From contig MU006095.1 of assembly GCA_010093705.1 (NCBI GenBank), positions 1,054,001 through 1,118,000 of the forward strand: 64,000 nucleotides of DNA. Direction: 5' to 3'. This document shows positions 41,365-54,086 of this stretch, in pieces (the stretch's first letter is position 1; every line of letters starts with the position of its first letter). This DNA is from Patellaria atrata CBS 101060. Taxonomy: Eukaryota. The notes below the pieces were generated by a model, which had not been told where the DNA came from, did no database searches, and saw only the letters and a list, made by a program, of their open reading frames with translations. The translations under genes were made by a program, and so were the position numbers.

Positions 41365-44300
41365 CTAACTCTCCTCTCCCTCCACCCACGCCCTCCCAAC
41401 CTCCCTCGCAACGCCCAACCTCAACAACCTGATAACCTCATCCACATCCCCCCTCGCGACGCCCTGGCGCCAATCCCAGCCCCGCCTCACCTGCGCCATC
41501 TCCTTCTCCCCCGTGCCTTCACCCGAATTACTAACACTAACCAAAACACCACTACCCTCGCTGCCGCCGATACTATACGCACTAGCCCCCATCCCCCCCA
41601 CAGCCGCGGAAGTAGAGCTATTATACGCCTTCATACACGCACCAAGCAGTCCCCTACCCCCCTCTGCCACGGCGGCCGATACGGTCTGCAGATCCTCCGC
41701 CACGCGCAGGAGGGCCATGAGCTGCTGCAGACTCAGCACCCGAGGGGTACGATCGATAAACGGCAGCGCTTCGCCTAGAAGCGTCGGGAGCGCGTCGACG
41801 GGAACGACGGAGAGGTCCGCGGGGTCGTATAACCCGCCTCTGATAGAGCTGGCGGCGGAAAGGATGGCGGTGAGGAGGGTGTGGGAGGCTTTTTTCTTCT
41901 GCTGTGTTGGGGTAAGGGGTTGAGGTGCAGAGGTTGAGGTGGTATGTGTGTCGTCGCGGAGGTCGTAGAACTCGCGTATCGTGGCGTAGCCGCTGAGGTA
42001 TTTTGCCAGCGACTCCGCGGCGGTGGGGTCTGTGTCTGCGAGGGCGGTGAGGGAGGACGGGGTGTGTTTGATGAGGGATTTGAGTCGGGTGTCGAGAGAG
42101 GAGAGGGGCGGGAAAGAGGTCGAGTGCGTGAGGCAGAGGGTTATGAGGAGGTCTGTTGTCTCTTTTATTTTGTGGGGTCGGTGGGCCAGGGCGAAGTAGT
42201 AGAGGGCTGAGCCGTAGGATTTGGTGGTCGAGGAGAGGGTTGTGGCGTATTTCTGTTTGAGGGTTAGATATAGATAGGGAGAGTTGGTTTGGGTTTGGGA
42301 TTTGGGGGGAGGGGTGCTTACTTCTGCTATTGTCTCTGCTTGGTGACTTAGGTCTAAAGTGTGACATATATGAAGGATCTTGTCGACGCGGTCTTCGGAG
42401 GTGAGGGAGAGACGGTCGAGAAGCGCGTCGATTCTGCTGGTCGCGAGATCGGGGTTGTCCAAACGGCTGAGGATCTGTATGGCCAGTTCCCAGCCCTCCT
42501 TTTTGATCATCGATTTCGAGCTCTGGAGGGTGTCTTTGCTAGCGATTAAGTCCGCGTACTCGGATAATAGGTCGTCCCTCTTGATGCCGCTAGATTCTTG
42601 TTGTCCGTAACTCAACACCATCAGGTCACTTTGATCGAAACCGCGCATAACGGATTTTGACGTCGTGATACCATCGTTCAGCCAATCGCCCGCGCTTGCC
42701 ATCTCCACGAGTGCTATGCTGTATGGCATCGACCAGCGCTGTATGATGCTCAGAGCACCTTCCACGGAATCGAATACCGCACACGCCAGACCCACTTCTA
42801 CGGGGCTTGCCTTGTTAAGAGGTTGTAGGACTTCATATCCATCCATCACGAGAGCCAACGACGAAGCAAGTCTTTGTCTGTACGCGACCAACGGCGTGAC
42901 ATCCGCCAATCTAATCTGCTTGGACCGTAGCAGGGACATCCTACTCTGGGCCAGACTACCTGCACCGGGGGGGATGACCTCATCTTCTCCATCCCACCAG
43001 ACCGTAAGGGTGATTACCGCTTCCAACCAATCCATACAGGAGTTTAGGATATCATCCGGATCGCCTCTGAGGATCTTATAGAGATCGGTTAAGTTCTCGA
43101 CGACCGCCAGAGGGACCTGACTCTCAGCTCTCCGATCCGCGGCACTGAGACCGAATCCATTGCTTCGATTTGAGATTCCAAAATTCGACGCTTCGAACGC
43201 CTGTGTTTCGTCCTCTTGGAAATTCTCCCCGGACGCTTTGCGCAAAGACCTCAGCGCGTCTTCTACCTCGCGTCGATACAAGCTCCATTCCGTGTTCTTG
43301 ACGTCCCAGTCATTCGACCGTACAGCTGGGCACCGCTGTATCAGCTCGATGGCGCGGTCGATACACTTATTCGCGCTTTCCAGTTGTCTCCCGTGGTAAC
43401 CGTCTTCCATGCCGTCCTCGAACGCTATAGCTGCCACGCTCAAATCGGCACCTTTGAGCAGTTTCAAGGCGTTTTGGAAGTTTCCCCGGAGTACTGAGCT
43501 GTAGATGGAATCCCAGAACATCTCGTGTGCGGAGAAGCCTTCTTCCTGTTTGAGTATGTCTTCGATATCCGAGCGTCCGGGGTTATGGTACGTGTTTAGC
43601 CAGTCGAGCAGCACCTTTGGAATACAACTTTCGGTTTTGACACCTTGTGACTGTCTGTATAGGTCTAGGGTAGATGGACGCGGTCGTGTCTGTATTTTCG
43701 GAGTCGATGGGTGGTGAAGTTGTAAGAGTAGGCTTCCAACGAAATTTGCCTTTGTGATGCCATCCGCTTGATTGTCGGGCCCAATCCTGCTATTGATCTC
43801 GAAATTTCTATCCCACAGGTGATGTATCTTCTGTGCCACTTTCTTCAAAGACTCCTCGTCCGGACGTTCCAGTTCAGCTAGCTCACTCACAACGCGATCA
43901 GTTTCGAGAATAAGGTCGTCCGATTCACGTAACTGCGCTCGCGGGGCGGATGCAACCAGTCCCTTCGCAACAGCTGTAATATCTTGTCTCACCATATCCA
44001 ATTCCTGCGCTGATTTGCCCTCCAAAGCCGTTGACCTTCTCAAGGAGCTGCCTAGTCTCGACCGCTTCAATGACCTGGGAGTCGAATATATCGATTCATT
44101 TCCCCCTCTACTTTGGATGCTTCGTCGTGATTGCTGTGTATAATCCTCCTCATATTCATCCTCTTCCATCGCATCTCCACTATCTCCCTCCTCCCCTTCA
44201 TCTTCATACTCAACATCGTCCTCCTCCTCCGCATCCCCATCCGCTTCAAATCTTGGCGGACTGCTACCCGGCGCCCTATACCCAGTCCTTCCCCTACTCA

Positions 44301-44598
44301 CTTCTTCACCTCCATTCTGACCGCGCTCGAACGGATCAAAACTCAGAGGCCTACGCTGCAACGCGCCAGAGGGACGGTTGACAGGATTGAAAATTGGCTG
44401 TTTATTTGTACTTGAGAAAGTAGGGAGCTGTGAGCTTCCGAATGCTGAGCTCGGTGGTAGACCGGCCGGTGTGAAGGAGTTGTTTGTAAGGAATGTAGGT
44501 GGAGGACCGGCGGGAGTTGTGGACGGATGTTGACTACGGGCTGAACGGCGCGCATCGGGCGTTGAGGGAGGTGTGGAAGATGGTACGCGGAAAGACAT
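41365..44598 (-). CDS. NUP85: Nucleoporin Nup85; probable 69-nt in-frame intron 42321-42253
   Basis: Disordered, acidic N-terminus followed by PKVLLDWLNTYH...FWDSIYSSVLRGNF...DWLEAVITLTVWWDG...WELAIQILSRLD...YGSALYYFALAH, typical of Pezizomycotina Nup85. Confidence 0.82.
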   Translation of the reverse strand: MSFRVPSSTPPSTPDARRSARSQHPSTTPAGPPPTFLTNNSFTPAGLPPSSAFGSSQLPTFSSTNKQPIFNPVNRPSGALQRRPLSFDPFERGQNGGEEVSRGRTGYRAPGSSPPRFEADGDAEEEDDVEYEDEGEEGDSGDAMEEDEYEEDYTQQSRRSIQSRGGNESIYSTPRSLKRSRLGSSLRRSTALEGKSAQELDMVRQDITAVAKGLVASAPRAQLRESDDLILETDRVVSELAELERPDEESLKKVAQKIHHLWDRNFEINSRIGPDNQADGITKANFVGSLLLQLHHPSTPKIQTRPRPSTLDLYRQSQGVKTESCIPKVLLDWLNTYHNPGRSDIEDILKQEEGFSAHEMFWDSIYSSVLRGNFQNALKLLKGADLSVAAIAFEDGMEDGYHGRQLESANKCIDRAIELIQRCPAVRSNDWDVKNTEWSLYRREVEDALRSLRKASGENFQEDETQAFEASNFGISNRSNGFGLSAADRRAESQVPLAVVENLTDLYKILRGDPDDILNSCMDWLEAVITLTVWWDGEDEVIPPGAGSLAQSRMSLLRSKQIRLADVTPLVAYRQRLASSLALVMDGYEVLQPLNKASPVEVGLACAVFDSVEGALSIIQRWSMPYSIALVEMASAGDWLNDGITTSKSVMRGFDQSDLMVLSYGQQESSGIKRDDLLSEYADLIASKDTLQSSKSMIKKEGWELAIQILSRLDNPDLATSRIDALLDRLSLTSEDRVDKILHICHTLDLSHQAETIAEVSTPPPKSQTQTNSPYLYLTLKQKYATTLSSTTKSYGSALYYFALAHRPHKIKETTDLLITLCLTHSTSFPPLSSLDTRLKSLIKHTPSSLTALADTDPTAAESLAKYLSGYATIREFYDLRDDTHTTSTSAPQPLTPTQQKKKASHTLLTAILSAASSIRGGLYDPADLSVVPVDALPTLLGEALPFIDRTPRVLSLQQLMALLRVAEDLQTVSAAVAEGGRGLLGACMKAYNSSTSAAVGGMGASAYSIGGSEGSGVLVSVSNSGEGTGEKEMAQVRRGWDWRQGVARGDVDEVIRLLRLGVAREVGRAWVEGEES

Positions 44599-45188
44599 GT
44601 TCGGAGGTGTTGTTGATGGTATGGAGCACTATTTACTCTCTGAAGGTATGGTTTGCTCAAGCTTGAGATGTGAAGGTTGTTGGAGTCATCGATCTGAATA
44701 TAGCTCGATGAAAGGTTCAGCTTATCAGGGTCAATTTCACCGAGAAATCTGTTGCGGTGATGTTGTACGCGGGGGGGGGGGGGAAAATGGTGCTAGGTGT
44801 AATAACTTTCTTCGCGAAGCTGGCGTTGAGCGACGCGCGAAATGCCAAGACATATTCTATGAGGTACCGCAAGTAAATATTCTGTACAGATACTGTATTA
44901 TACCGCCAATGTTAACCTCAACTGGGATCATAATTCAAATTATTGAAAGCTATGTACACATAAAGCCTCTCGCTTTACCAATTCCCCAGTAAAACCCTTC
45001 CATGATTAATGCTGCGCCAAACGTACCGAAAACTCAAATGCCCACAATCAGGCTCAGTTGATAGAGCAACCGTATTATTCCCCCCGAAGAAAGGTCATTA
45101 CCATCCATTAAACGCCTAGCTAATATGCAGTCATAACGCAAACAAATGCCTTGGAAGATGTTGAGAGCGTTGTTCGAAGTTGAAAGAT

Positions 45189-46013
45189 CTACGAGAACGC
45201 AGCGCTCATAGTTCCTGACCCAGCTTCATTCACAGGACGAGGTATCAATCCTAACCCTAACAATGTACTTGCTGGAAGAATACCCCGTTCTGCCTGCTCT
45301 TTAAGATATTGTTCGAATTCTGGATCATCAAGGCCGAGGTCGATGCCTTGTTCACGAGCTGCCGCGGCGGCAATGAGTCGATTATTCAAGGCGAGTCCAA
45401 CGGAGGAGAGTGGTGTATCTTCATCTTCCTCATCCTCATCTTCGTCCATTGACTCTGGAAGAGCAGGACGCTGCTGTATCGATGCTGAAACGTTTGCTGT
45501 TTGACTGGCAATGTCGTTCACATCTTCCATGTCTGAGTTTGATCCTTCCATAGGTGGTACAACTTTGAATTCAACTTCAATATCCGTTTTAACCTGAATC
45601 TTCGCCTCTCGTTTTCTTCTATCGACCCAGGGTCCAATTTCATCGCCTGTTGTATCTCTCACCACGGTGTTCTCGTCCCTTTCGTACCTCTGCCGCGCCC
45701 ACAGCGTTCCTTCCCAACGGCAGAATCGTTGAATTTCGCTCTCCGTAACACCTAAGTCATTGAAAGCTTGAAAGAGACGAGCATGATGTGGGAAACGACC
45801 AAGACGCTTTCTGTGCGGAGGATGCGAATAGTTTAGACCTGGATACCGTGCTTCGACTGTCTCGAGGGATCCGTAAAAGGTTGACGTTTCGATGCGGACT
45901 TCAGCGACGAGATGCTTTTGGAGGAATTGAGTGAAGTTTTGGGGATCGGAAGGTTTGGGATTCGGGTATAGGTGACTATAGATTGTCTCGTCTAAACGAT
46001 ATTTTGGCTGCAT
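45189..46013 (-). CDS. Fungal protein of unknown function (274 aa, intronless)
   Basis: Protein-like N-terminal block (LVAEVRIETSTFYGSLETVEARYPGLNYSHPPHRKRLGRFPHHARLF...CRWEGTLWARQRYERDE) that I recall from Pezizomycotina hypothetical proteins; acidic C-terminal half. Confidence 0.8.
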   Translation of the reverse strand: MQPKYRLDETIYSHLYPNPKPSDPQNFTQFLQKHLVAEVRIETSTFYGSLETVEARYPGLNYSHPPHRKRLGRFPHHARLFQAFNDLGVTESEIQRFCRWEGTLWARQRYERDENTVVRDTTGDEIGPWVDRRKREAKIQVKTDIEVEFKVVPPMEGSNSDMEDVNDIASQTANVSASIQQRPALPESMDEDEDEEDEDTPLSSVGLALNNRLIAAAAAREQGIDLGLDDPEFEQYLKEQAERGILPASTLLGLGLIPRPVNEAGSGTMSAAFS

Positions 46014-48309
46014 GGCTGCTTAAGATGGTTTACCGAAACTGCTGATGGATTTGAAGAAAGTTCGTTCGTCGAGTGGAGGGGCGCTACGCGGTGTAAATCG
46101 ATATACGTGTCTTCTGCGACGGCGCTGACTCTTTACAGAAAATTCTAGAGGACTAGCTTGAAGCAACGGGTGGCGTTTCTTCAAGTATGCAGAGAACAGT
46201 CACACAGTAAGGCCTTGTAGAACCGGAAAATCCTGAGCTGAAGAGTCGTTGTGCGAAATCCAGGAAGGATCGATAGTAAGAGGAAGGCGCGTAATTAAAT
46301 GTTTCCTTAGTGAGGCAACCGTGATGGGAATTATGTGAGTTGAACTGTTTCAGGTCTATGCGCTGGCCCCGTCCCGTTGTACTCTTGTTGTACCTTTCAA
46401 GGGCACCTAGCAGTCTCTGGTGCTGACACGCTCCGATCTACGATTGATTGAGATGCACTTGTCGGACTATTGACGAAATCTAATGCAGAATGGCTTGCAG
46501 TAAGTTGAAGTCCGTCCGGCCGAGAGAGTTGAAATCCTTAGTTGGCGATGTTGTGCATTTGATCATGGGAAACAGAAACAACAACGGTCTTGACCACTTG
46601 TCGGCTACGCAATTTCTAGAAAATTGTCGCAACCAGACGATGGCGCTCCTAAAAAGGGTTTGCAGGACGGATGATGGTGTACGGGAGTTAATAGGACAGG
46701 GAGTTTCGTGGGCTACGGGCTATCCTTTGCACTGCAGAAGTGAAGCGCGTGGGATCGGATAGTCCTGAATTCGAATCAATATAACGCGCAGGGATGCGAT
46801 ATGACTACAAACGTCAACGTTTGTGTTTGCACAACAAGAAGTCGAGCAAGAGTCAGAAGAGCAGGCAAGCAAAGAGGAGGTTCACCGCTATACTTATATA
46901 AGTGTCGTTATGTATGTAAGGTGTGAAAAAGGCCCTGATAGACTTTTCATCGCTGCAAGGGTCGACGGCTTTTAACTTACGCTTGTTCTGGCCGAGAATC
47001 CACCTGCGCGGAGAGGCAGCATAGGCACACTTTAGCTTGATGCCATGCGGTATGACACTGACTGGTAGCCAGTGGTCCTCCGCTGTACTGGTCGCTCTCT
47101 GCAGCAGCATATCGAGTCCACCAACTATGGTCATCCTTTGGATGAGATCGTTTGAAGCACGACTAGGGTTGGATGTTGAATGCTTCCGTTATGCATTGGC
47201 AGACGAGACACATCAAACCCGATTGATTACATGCACACCGAGCGAAGCGCAACTTCGCAAGTGGCTAAGAATGCTTTCGGTGCCAATCCCGAAGAGCGAA
47301 GTGAGGTCCAAGGTCTCATCAGTTCCCATCTCAAGGTCTCCTCAACTTAAACATCGGCAGCGCCGTCGCATGCATGGAACCATAGAGCCTATCAATGAAG
47401 CGAATGCTCCGCTGAACCAAAGGGGACCAAGGGGAGAAGTAAGGTATCTATGGCTGATCGGCATCTTTGCTTTACAAGCTTATTATGCACCAGCGCATTC
47501 GAGAGAGAGAAAAGGGTTGGATCATCCTTTTTTGCGGTGAGATGGATAGGTGCGTACTCCCTACAGTACAATACTGTACAAGCACATTCCTGTAGTGTAC
47601 AGAAGATGGGGCATCACCAAGTTCGGGATGATCTAGCCATATGACCTAGAAATTGCCCATCTCGTTATTACCGTCAGGCTTTGAAGATGCCTTGATGTGC
47701 TATCAAGATCGAACCCCGGTTATTGGCAATAGCGAACTCAGATAATGAGCTCCAAGACGGAGGTTAGGCAATATCTGATTTGCCCCTTGAAGTCGTATTC
47801 GTCGTGCTCTCAACCAAGGGAACTGCTTTCAAAGGTCTGGTTGCGTACAGCCGATGACAGACACCAGGTCAGGAGTTCACCCGTAGAAGATTGATTATTG
47901 ACCTGGGCAACATCCCTTCTTCCACTCTCTCCCAATTTTGTCTCTCTCAAAACGCCACCTCTCCAAAATCCTCTATCTGTGATAATTCTCGACTACCATT
48001 GGAATCGTGAAAATAACCGCTGCTGGGAGGACAAAGAATAGCACATGACTTGGCGAGAAACGCGTAAAAATTGGGTCCCTTTCCGTCCTGTGAGATCTGA
48101 GATCTGGGGCAATTTAGCGGCCTCGGCTTTGACCCTGTGAACTTCACCTTCCGTCGACATAGCTACGCGATCTGAGGGTCATTGATTGTTCTCTTAACAC
48201 CACTCGGAATCCACAACTCGTTCAGCCATTTCCTTTCCTTTTCTTTTTTTTTTTTTTTCACACTTTCTTCTTCCTGCTTCTTCTATTTCCACTATGGGAA
48301 TACCTCACA

Positions 48310-50531
48310 ATGTCCACTTTCAATGGTATCGTGAAAGAGTTCCCAGAGATACGGATTGATTATTTTCGTATCGTTGAAGGACAGCCTCCTCCTTTGGCTT
48401 GCTTCCTCAGTCATGTACATTCCGATCATCTCCAGGGCTTGGAAAGCTTCAAGTCACCTTTCCTATACTGTTCTCCAGCTACAAAGGAGGTAAGTCTGCA
48501 AAAGGATACCGTATCTAACCTATCCACTCAAATGCATATCTGAGAATAGCCTGAACAATGAGGCCTATACACCGTGTTTAGTCTTCTTACAATATATAGA
48601 TATTATTACGATTAGAGAAATATCCTCATCGTATGAACTTTGTCAAAGGGATCCTAGAAGCAAAAAAGGTGACTTATTCCAAACTCAAAAGGCTTCTGAA
48701 GACGATACCTTTGGAAACACCAACAACGATTGAGTTGTCTCCAAGCAAAAAGTTGCGTGTAACGCTTTTCGATGCAAACCACTGCGTTGGTAGTGTCATG
48801 TTCCTCATTCAAGATGGTAGGAAAGCAATTCTTTACACTGGAGATGTCAGGTCCGAGACTTGGTGGGTTAACTCGCTAGTACGCAATCCCATTCTCCTAC
48901 CATTTGCTTTAGGTTCCCGACGATTGGATTGTATTTACCTTGATACAACCTTCGCGACGAGATCGGAATATTACACCAACTTTCCGTCCAAGGCTGAAGG
49001 GATTCACGAACTACTTCGAAAGGTTGAAAAATACCCAAAAGATACCATCTTTCACCTTGAAGCATGGACATTTGGCTATGAAGATGTCTGGATTGCGCTT
49101 TCAGAAGCTCTGAGATCCCAGATCCACCTTGATCGATATAGATATAGTTTATATACTTCCATTTCATCCAAAACTGGCGAGCTACAAGCTGCGGAAGGTT
49201 CCATTTTCTGCGGATTTCAGTGTGGCAATCATTTCAATCCAGGTTGTCTAACCAACAATACCAGCGTTCGTCTTCACAGCTGTGAGCATGGAAACCCTTG
49301 CCCTGTTTTTACCGATGGAAAGCCGGTGGTTTGGATTCGTCCAATCGTCACCCGTACGCGAAACGGAGAAGATATTCCAGAGCTAGGAGCAGGCGGTGGA
49401 AAGGGTGATCTAGATGAGTTTCACGAATTAGAAGTCAACGATGATAGAATCAAAGCCCTACTCTCAAATTTATACCGCACCAAATATGAGGATGATCCGG
49501 AAACAAAAGTCAAACTTGAAGATTTCCTATCGTCGTTCGATAGTGCAAGACAAAGCACAATCCGATTAAACGAGGACGATGTTAAAGGATCGTTACTTGA
49601 AAAAGATGCCATGGGTGATTTGAATATCGAGGAGCTTGCTGAGCTCATCGCAAATGTTGCTAATAACCGAAAGGTTGGGCATTCAGATCATGCACTATCA
49701 TGCTCGCAGCGCAAAAGTGAAGTAGTGAAAGATTTCCCAGACGAAATCACATTCCCATATTCTCGGCATTCTTCTTATTCCGAGCTCTGCGAATTAATCC
49801 AAGCTTTCAACCCTCGCGATATATACCCTTGCGTGGTCGATTATCATCAATGGAACAACTCCCTAAGTATGAAAGCTTTATTTGGGCATCTATGTCCGAC
49901 GGCTTCCTTTGTCAATGATAGTACTATAATGGAGATGGTTGCGAATCGTACAAGGTCAAAACTTGCCCCTGAGACAGGGTCACAAGTCGAGACACAAGAC
50001 ACTACGAGAGACGAAGAGACTCAGAAGTCGATGGGCCTAAATTTAAAAAGCCTAGTTTTCAAACATTTACAAGGGTGTGAGCGATCAACATCTGTACAGG
50101 TCCCTAGGGAATCTCCACGGCCGTTCTCGATATCCGGAACCGTGCGTATAGTTTCAGAAGAAGACCAACGATTGTTTAAACGACGTAAACTAATTTCATC
50201 AATTGCTGGTACCTCAGATAAAACCACACCAAGCGAGGTTATTTCAACGCTGCACGAGGAACAGTATGAGGCCAAGGCGATATCTCAATCCATACCCTCC
50301 ACAGTCCCTTTGCCAAGCAAAACTACTATCCACCATCCGAGAAATGGGATTTTAGCTGTCTCTTCAACGGCTCTATCATGGTCAGGTCCATGTGTAGATG
50401 TTGAAAGGCGTAAAGCAAGAGCTATACGACTTGCCCATGATGCAGCGCTTGGGCTTGACGGACTCAATTGGTTCGAATACGGAGGTCTGGTGAGCGTCAA
50501 TAACCATTCAGTAGAAGAACAAGAGCTATGA
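48310..50531 (+). CDS. Artemis/SNM1-family metallo-beta-lactamase/beta-CASP nuclease; intron 48490-48599
   Basis: MSTFNG...FLSHVHSDHLQGL (HxHxDH), DANHCVGSVMF, LYTGD, IYLDTTF and FPYSRHSSYSEL. Confidence 0.92.
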
Positions 50532-51519
50532 GCACATGGTAGCAGTCAGGAGGCAACTATATGCTAAGACCTGGTAGACTGGGACTTCTGGTGGGCTGAG
50601 AATATTGCTCTTCTTCCTCGGATTTTGGACCCATCTAGCCAATGGAGAGAGACTGCATGTCGCTCTCCATCATTTCTTCCGATCGGTTTCACTTCTAATA
50701 CCTCGACGGTCCCGCGAGCCACGACCCTGGGTACAGAGGATCCCGTTATAGCGTAGGCTAAGTTCAAGTATATAGAAACTACGCCTCACAACTCGCTTAA
50801 ATGCAGCATTGGAACTATCCGGTTACCAGATCTATCCTAATATGGACAGTAACTCGAAATTGGAATTCGCCCTGAATAACTCGTTACTTTCCAATTCAGT
50901 CGTCCGTTTCACGCACCTTCTAGCATCAGTATTCCCTGTAATCCCCGCATTTTGAAGTATTCCTGGTACGCTTGACTATCCCACCAGCGAGATCGAGAGC
51001 ATACCGTCCAATTACAGAAAAGGTTTCTGACGGATATTCTAATTAGACGCTAATGAATCATCACTTCATATGATGACTCGCTGCTTTATTCAAGAATTAT
51101 GTCCACCTGAATCACCAGCAACTCTCAAGAGGTTGAGACAAATGGTGGCTGGTATAATTAGTCCTCCCTTACCATTGTGTTAGACTAAAAAGCGTTCTTG
51201 CCTCTTTTCTCAAGTGACGGTCTATGGCCAGTTCAGGTCGAGAACACTTTTCTAGACAAACGAGGATTAGAGATAAGCTGATCATTCTGCTCACCTATCG
51301 AAATAAGCTTCACAATACAGATTCCAGCAAGAAATAGTCAAATAGGCGAACCTTTCACTCGGTTGTCTGCGGCTATGGCCACCCGGTCGTCTACCCCATG
51401 GGGTAGACCCCAAAGCGTTTAAGAGCTTGCATGGACCCTAACATTCATTCCTAGATACTCTCGAAATCGACAGTTCGATATTCACTTCTCCAATCTCACC
51501 AACATATCCCGAACGCAAG

Positions 51520-53442
51520 ATGACTACTCAGTATCCTAATAATCACGATGAGAAACACGAACATACCGTTGATGTTGGATCTGATACTGGAGAAAAAGAA
51601 CATCTACCTACATTAACGGTCACCAACTTTGAGACGGACGAAGATGATCTACCCAGAGGTTACTTCAAAAGTAGCTTTTTCATTGGGACGATGGTAGCAA
51701 TTGGTCTAAGTCTGATGGCTGGTGTTGCTGGATTTGGTTATGCCGCTCCTATTCTTGTAATCATCAACGCAGATATCGGACCAGTAAGTGTTCCTCCTGC
51801 TAACGTCAGCAAATCCTTTTAACACCATGATAGGATCCGAATGTAGTCTGGGTTTCGCTCTCTTATACCTTGGTTCAAGCTGTGACATTTACCATCGTAG
51901 GACGAGTGTCAGACATATTCGGACGCCGATGGGTCTTCATTGGTGGAGCGGTCCTTGGAGTCATTGGGAGCATTATCTGTGCTACAGCTCAAAGTATCAA
52001 CACTTTGATCGGAGGTACCGCGATAATTGGCATTGCTGCTGCCACTCAACTGTCCTACTACTACGTCATGGGAGAACTCGTACCTATGAAATATCGTCTT
52101 GCCGGAAACGGGTTCTGCTACATCTGGACCATCCCAGGATCTGGTATTGCACCCGCAGTTGCGTATTCTCTGATATACTACAGCCCAAATGTTGGGTGGC
52201 GCGGCTGCTACTACATTCTAATTGCAATCAACAGTACCGCGCTCCTTTGTTGGGTCTTGTTTTACCATCCGCCAACGTTTCACATGAAACATCGCAACGA
52301 AAGGATGATTACGTATGTCAAAAACTTCGACTACTTCGGCACCGTCCTCTACACTGGAGGCCTCTTGATCCTACTGATGGGCCTTAGTTGGGGCGGCGGA
52401 GTGTACCCGTGGAATTCGTCACATGTCATCGCTACTATAGTCGTCGGCTTCGTTGCACTGGTCGCTTTCGTCGTATGGGAGAGTTTTGCGGGACTTACCG
52501 AGCCTCTCGTGCCGATGCACCTCTTCCGGAATATTCCTTGGGATGCATCAGTCATCGTGTCCGGTTTAGGAGCCAGTATATACTATGCATTTGCAATCAT
52601 CTGGCCTTCTATGGTGTCGATAATGTACTCCGATCCTAATAACCGAATGTCTGGACCCTGGTTGTCAAGTTTAACGGGTTTGCTCATCGTTATTGGAGAG
52701 ATCGCTGCGGGATTCTGTGCGAAATCCATCGGAAAGGTGAAATATCAATGCATCGCCACACTCTTCGTAGGCGGCATATTTTTTGCCTGTAAGTCATTTT
52801 TTCTTCCGAACACGTTCATATTGCACTCGCTTCGCTCCCAGACGCACGCTATTTGTATCTGTTTAACGCTAACGATGGTCTATTCTAGGTATGGCAACCT
52901 GTGGTCCCGACGATCGAGGTCGAGCTGCAGCCTTCATGTCAATTGGTGTCTTTCTCATGGGATGGACGGAAAGCATAGCAATCACGATGATTACCATCTG
53001 CACAACCGATCAACAAGAACTCGGTAGTGCTAGCGGAGTTGCCGGATCCATCCGCTTTTTGATTTCAAGTATCGCAGCGACTGTGTACACTGCAATACTT
53101 AGCAATCGGCTCGCAGTGGAAATACCTTCCCACGTTGCACCCGCCGTACAGAGTGCCGGCTTACCTGCATCGAGTGTAGCAGCTTTTATTACGGCTTTCT
53201 CAACCGGGCCGGCAGCATTTGAGCAAGTGCCTGGGATCACAACGGATATTCTGGCTGCAGGGGCAAGGGCCTACCAGGAAGGAAACGCAGCAGCGTACAG
53301 CACAGTATTCCTTTCGACAATAGCATTTACAGCGGTTGGTATTGCTGCTAGCTTTTTCATGCCAAATGGAGATGACTTGATGACTGGAAAGATTGCGGCA
53401 ACACTTCACAAGAGAGACAAGGAGGATGTGGTAGGTTCATAG
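51520..53442 (+). CDS. TRI12-family (fungal trichothecene efflux pump-like) MFS transporter; introns 51784-51833 and 52789-52888
   Basis: DDLPRGYFKSSFFIG...INADIGP|D; GRVSDIFGRRW; GELVPMKYR; GWRGCYY; FYHPPTFHMKH; many TM segments. The substrate is not predictable. Confidence 0.9.
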
Positions 53443-54086
53443 ACACGGCAGGCGTAAGTTAAGTAATGAGATAAGCAGATTGGAAGATGATAAGAAATGA
53501 AGCAGGAAAAATATTCAATTACTTTCAGACAGACCATGTCCCTTGATTCATATAAGAGATTATCACGGCATTGCTGTATTGGGTTACAATAGGAGGAAAA
53601 TCGTGTCTTTTGCTAGGTGTATGAGGTGTATCACACATATCGTTAAGCTACGTAAACTAATAGACCCCGCAGACCGTAAGAGAAGCCAAAGAGTTCCGGC
53701 TTGGCTACAAAATAACTTCGGGTGTCGGATGTGACTTCTCCAATTGCCCCGTCTCTTCCCTGCCTTCCCTGCCTAACCTGTCTTCGCCCGCTTTCCTCCT
53801 TCGGCCTTGACCACCTCTCGTGCCTTCCCTTCTTTCCCTGGGGTCCTGCCACGCCTGCCCTTTTTTTTTTTCACAACACCGTCCGCTTTGCCCACAACCT
53901 AATTGCATTCCCTCTTTCGTGCATATCTACTTTTCTCTCTCTTCTCTTTCTCCCTCTATCGCTTGATTCCATTCAATTGAACGCGATGGTGATGCTTTCT
54001 CTGTGTTCCCATAAGATAATCGTTTTCGCCTCGCTTCCGATAGGTTACCAAGGATCTTTTTAAAGACGAATTCGACCGAGAACAGG

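Noticed and set aside
46490..48147. Short ORFs between the 45189 gene and the Artemis-like gene
   Set aside because: No motifs or consistent splice structure; this looks like a divergent promoter/UTR region.
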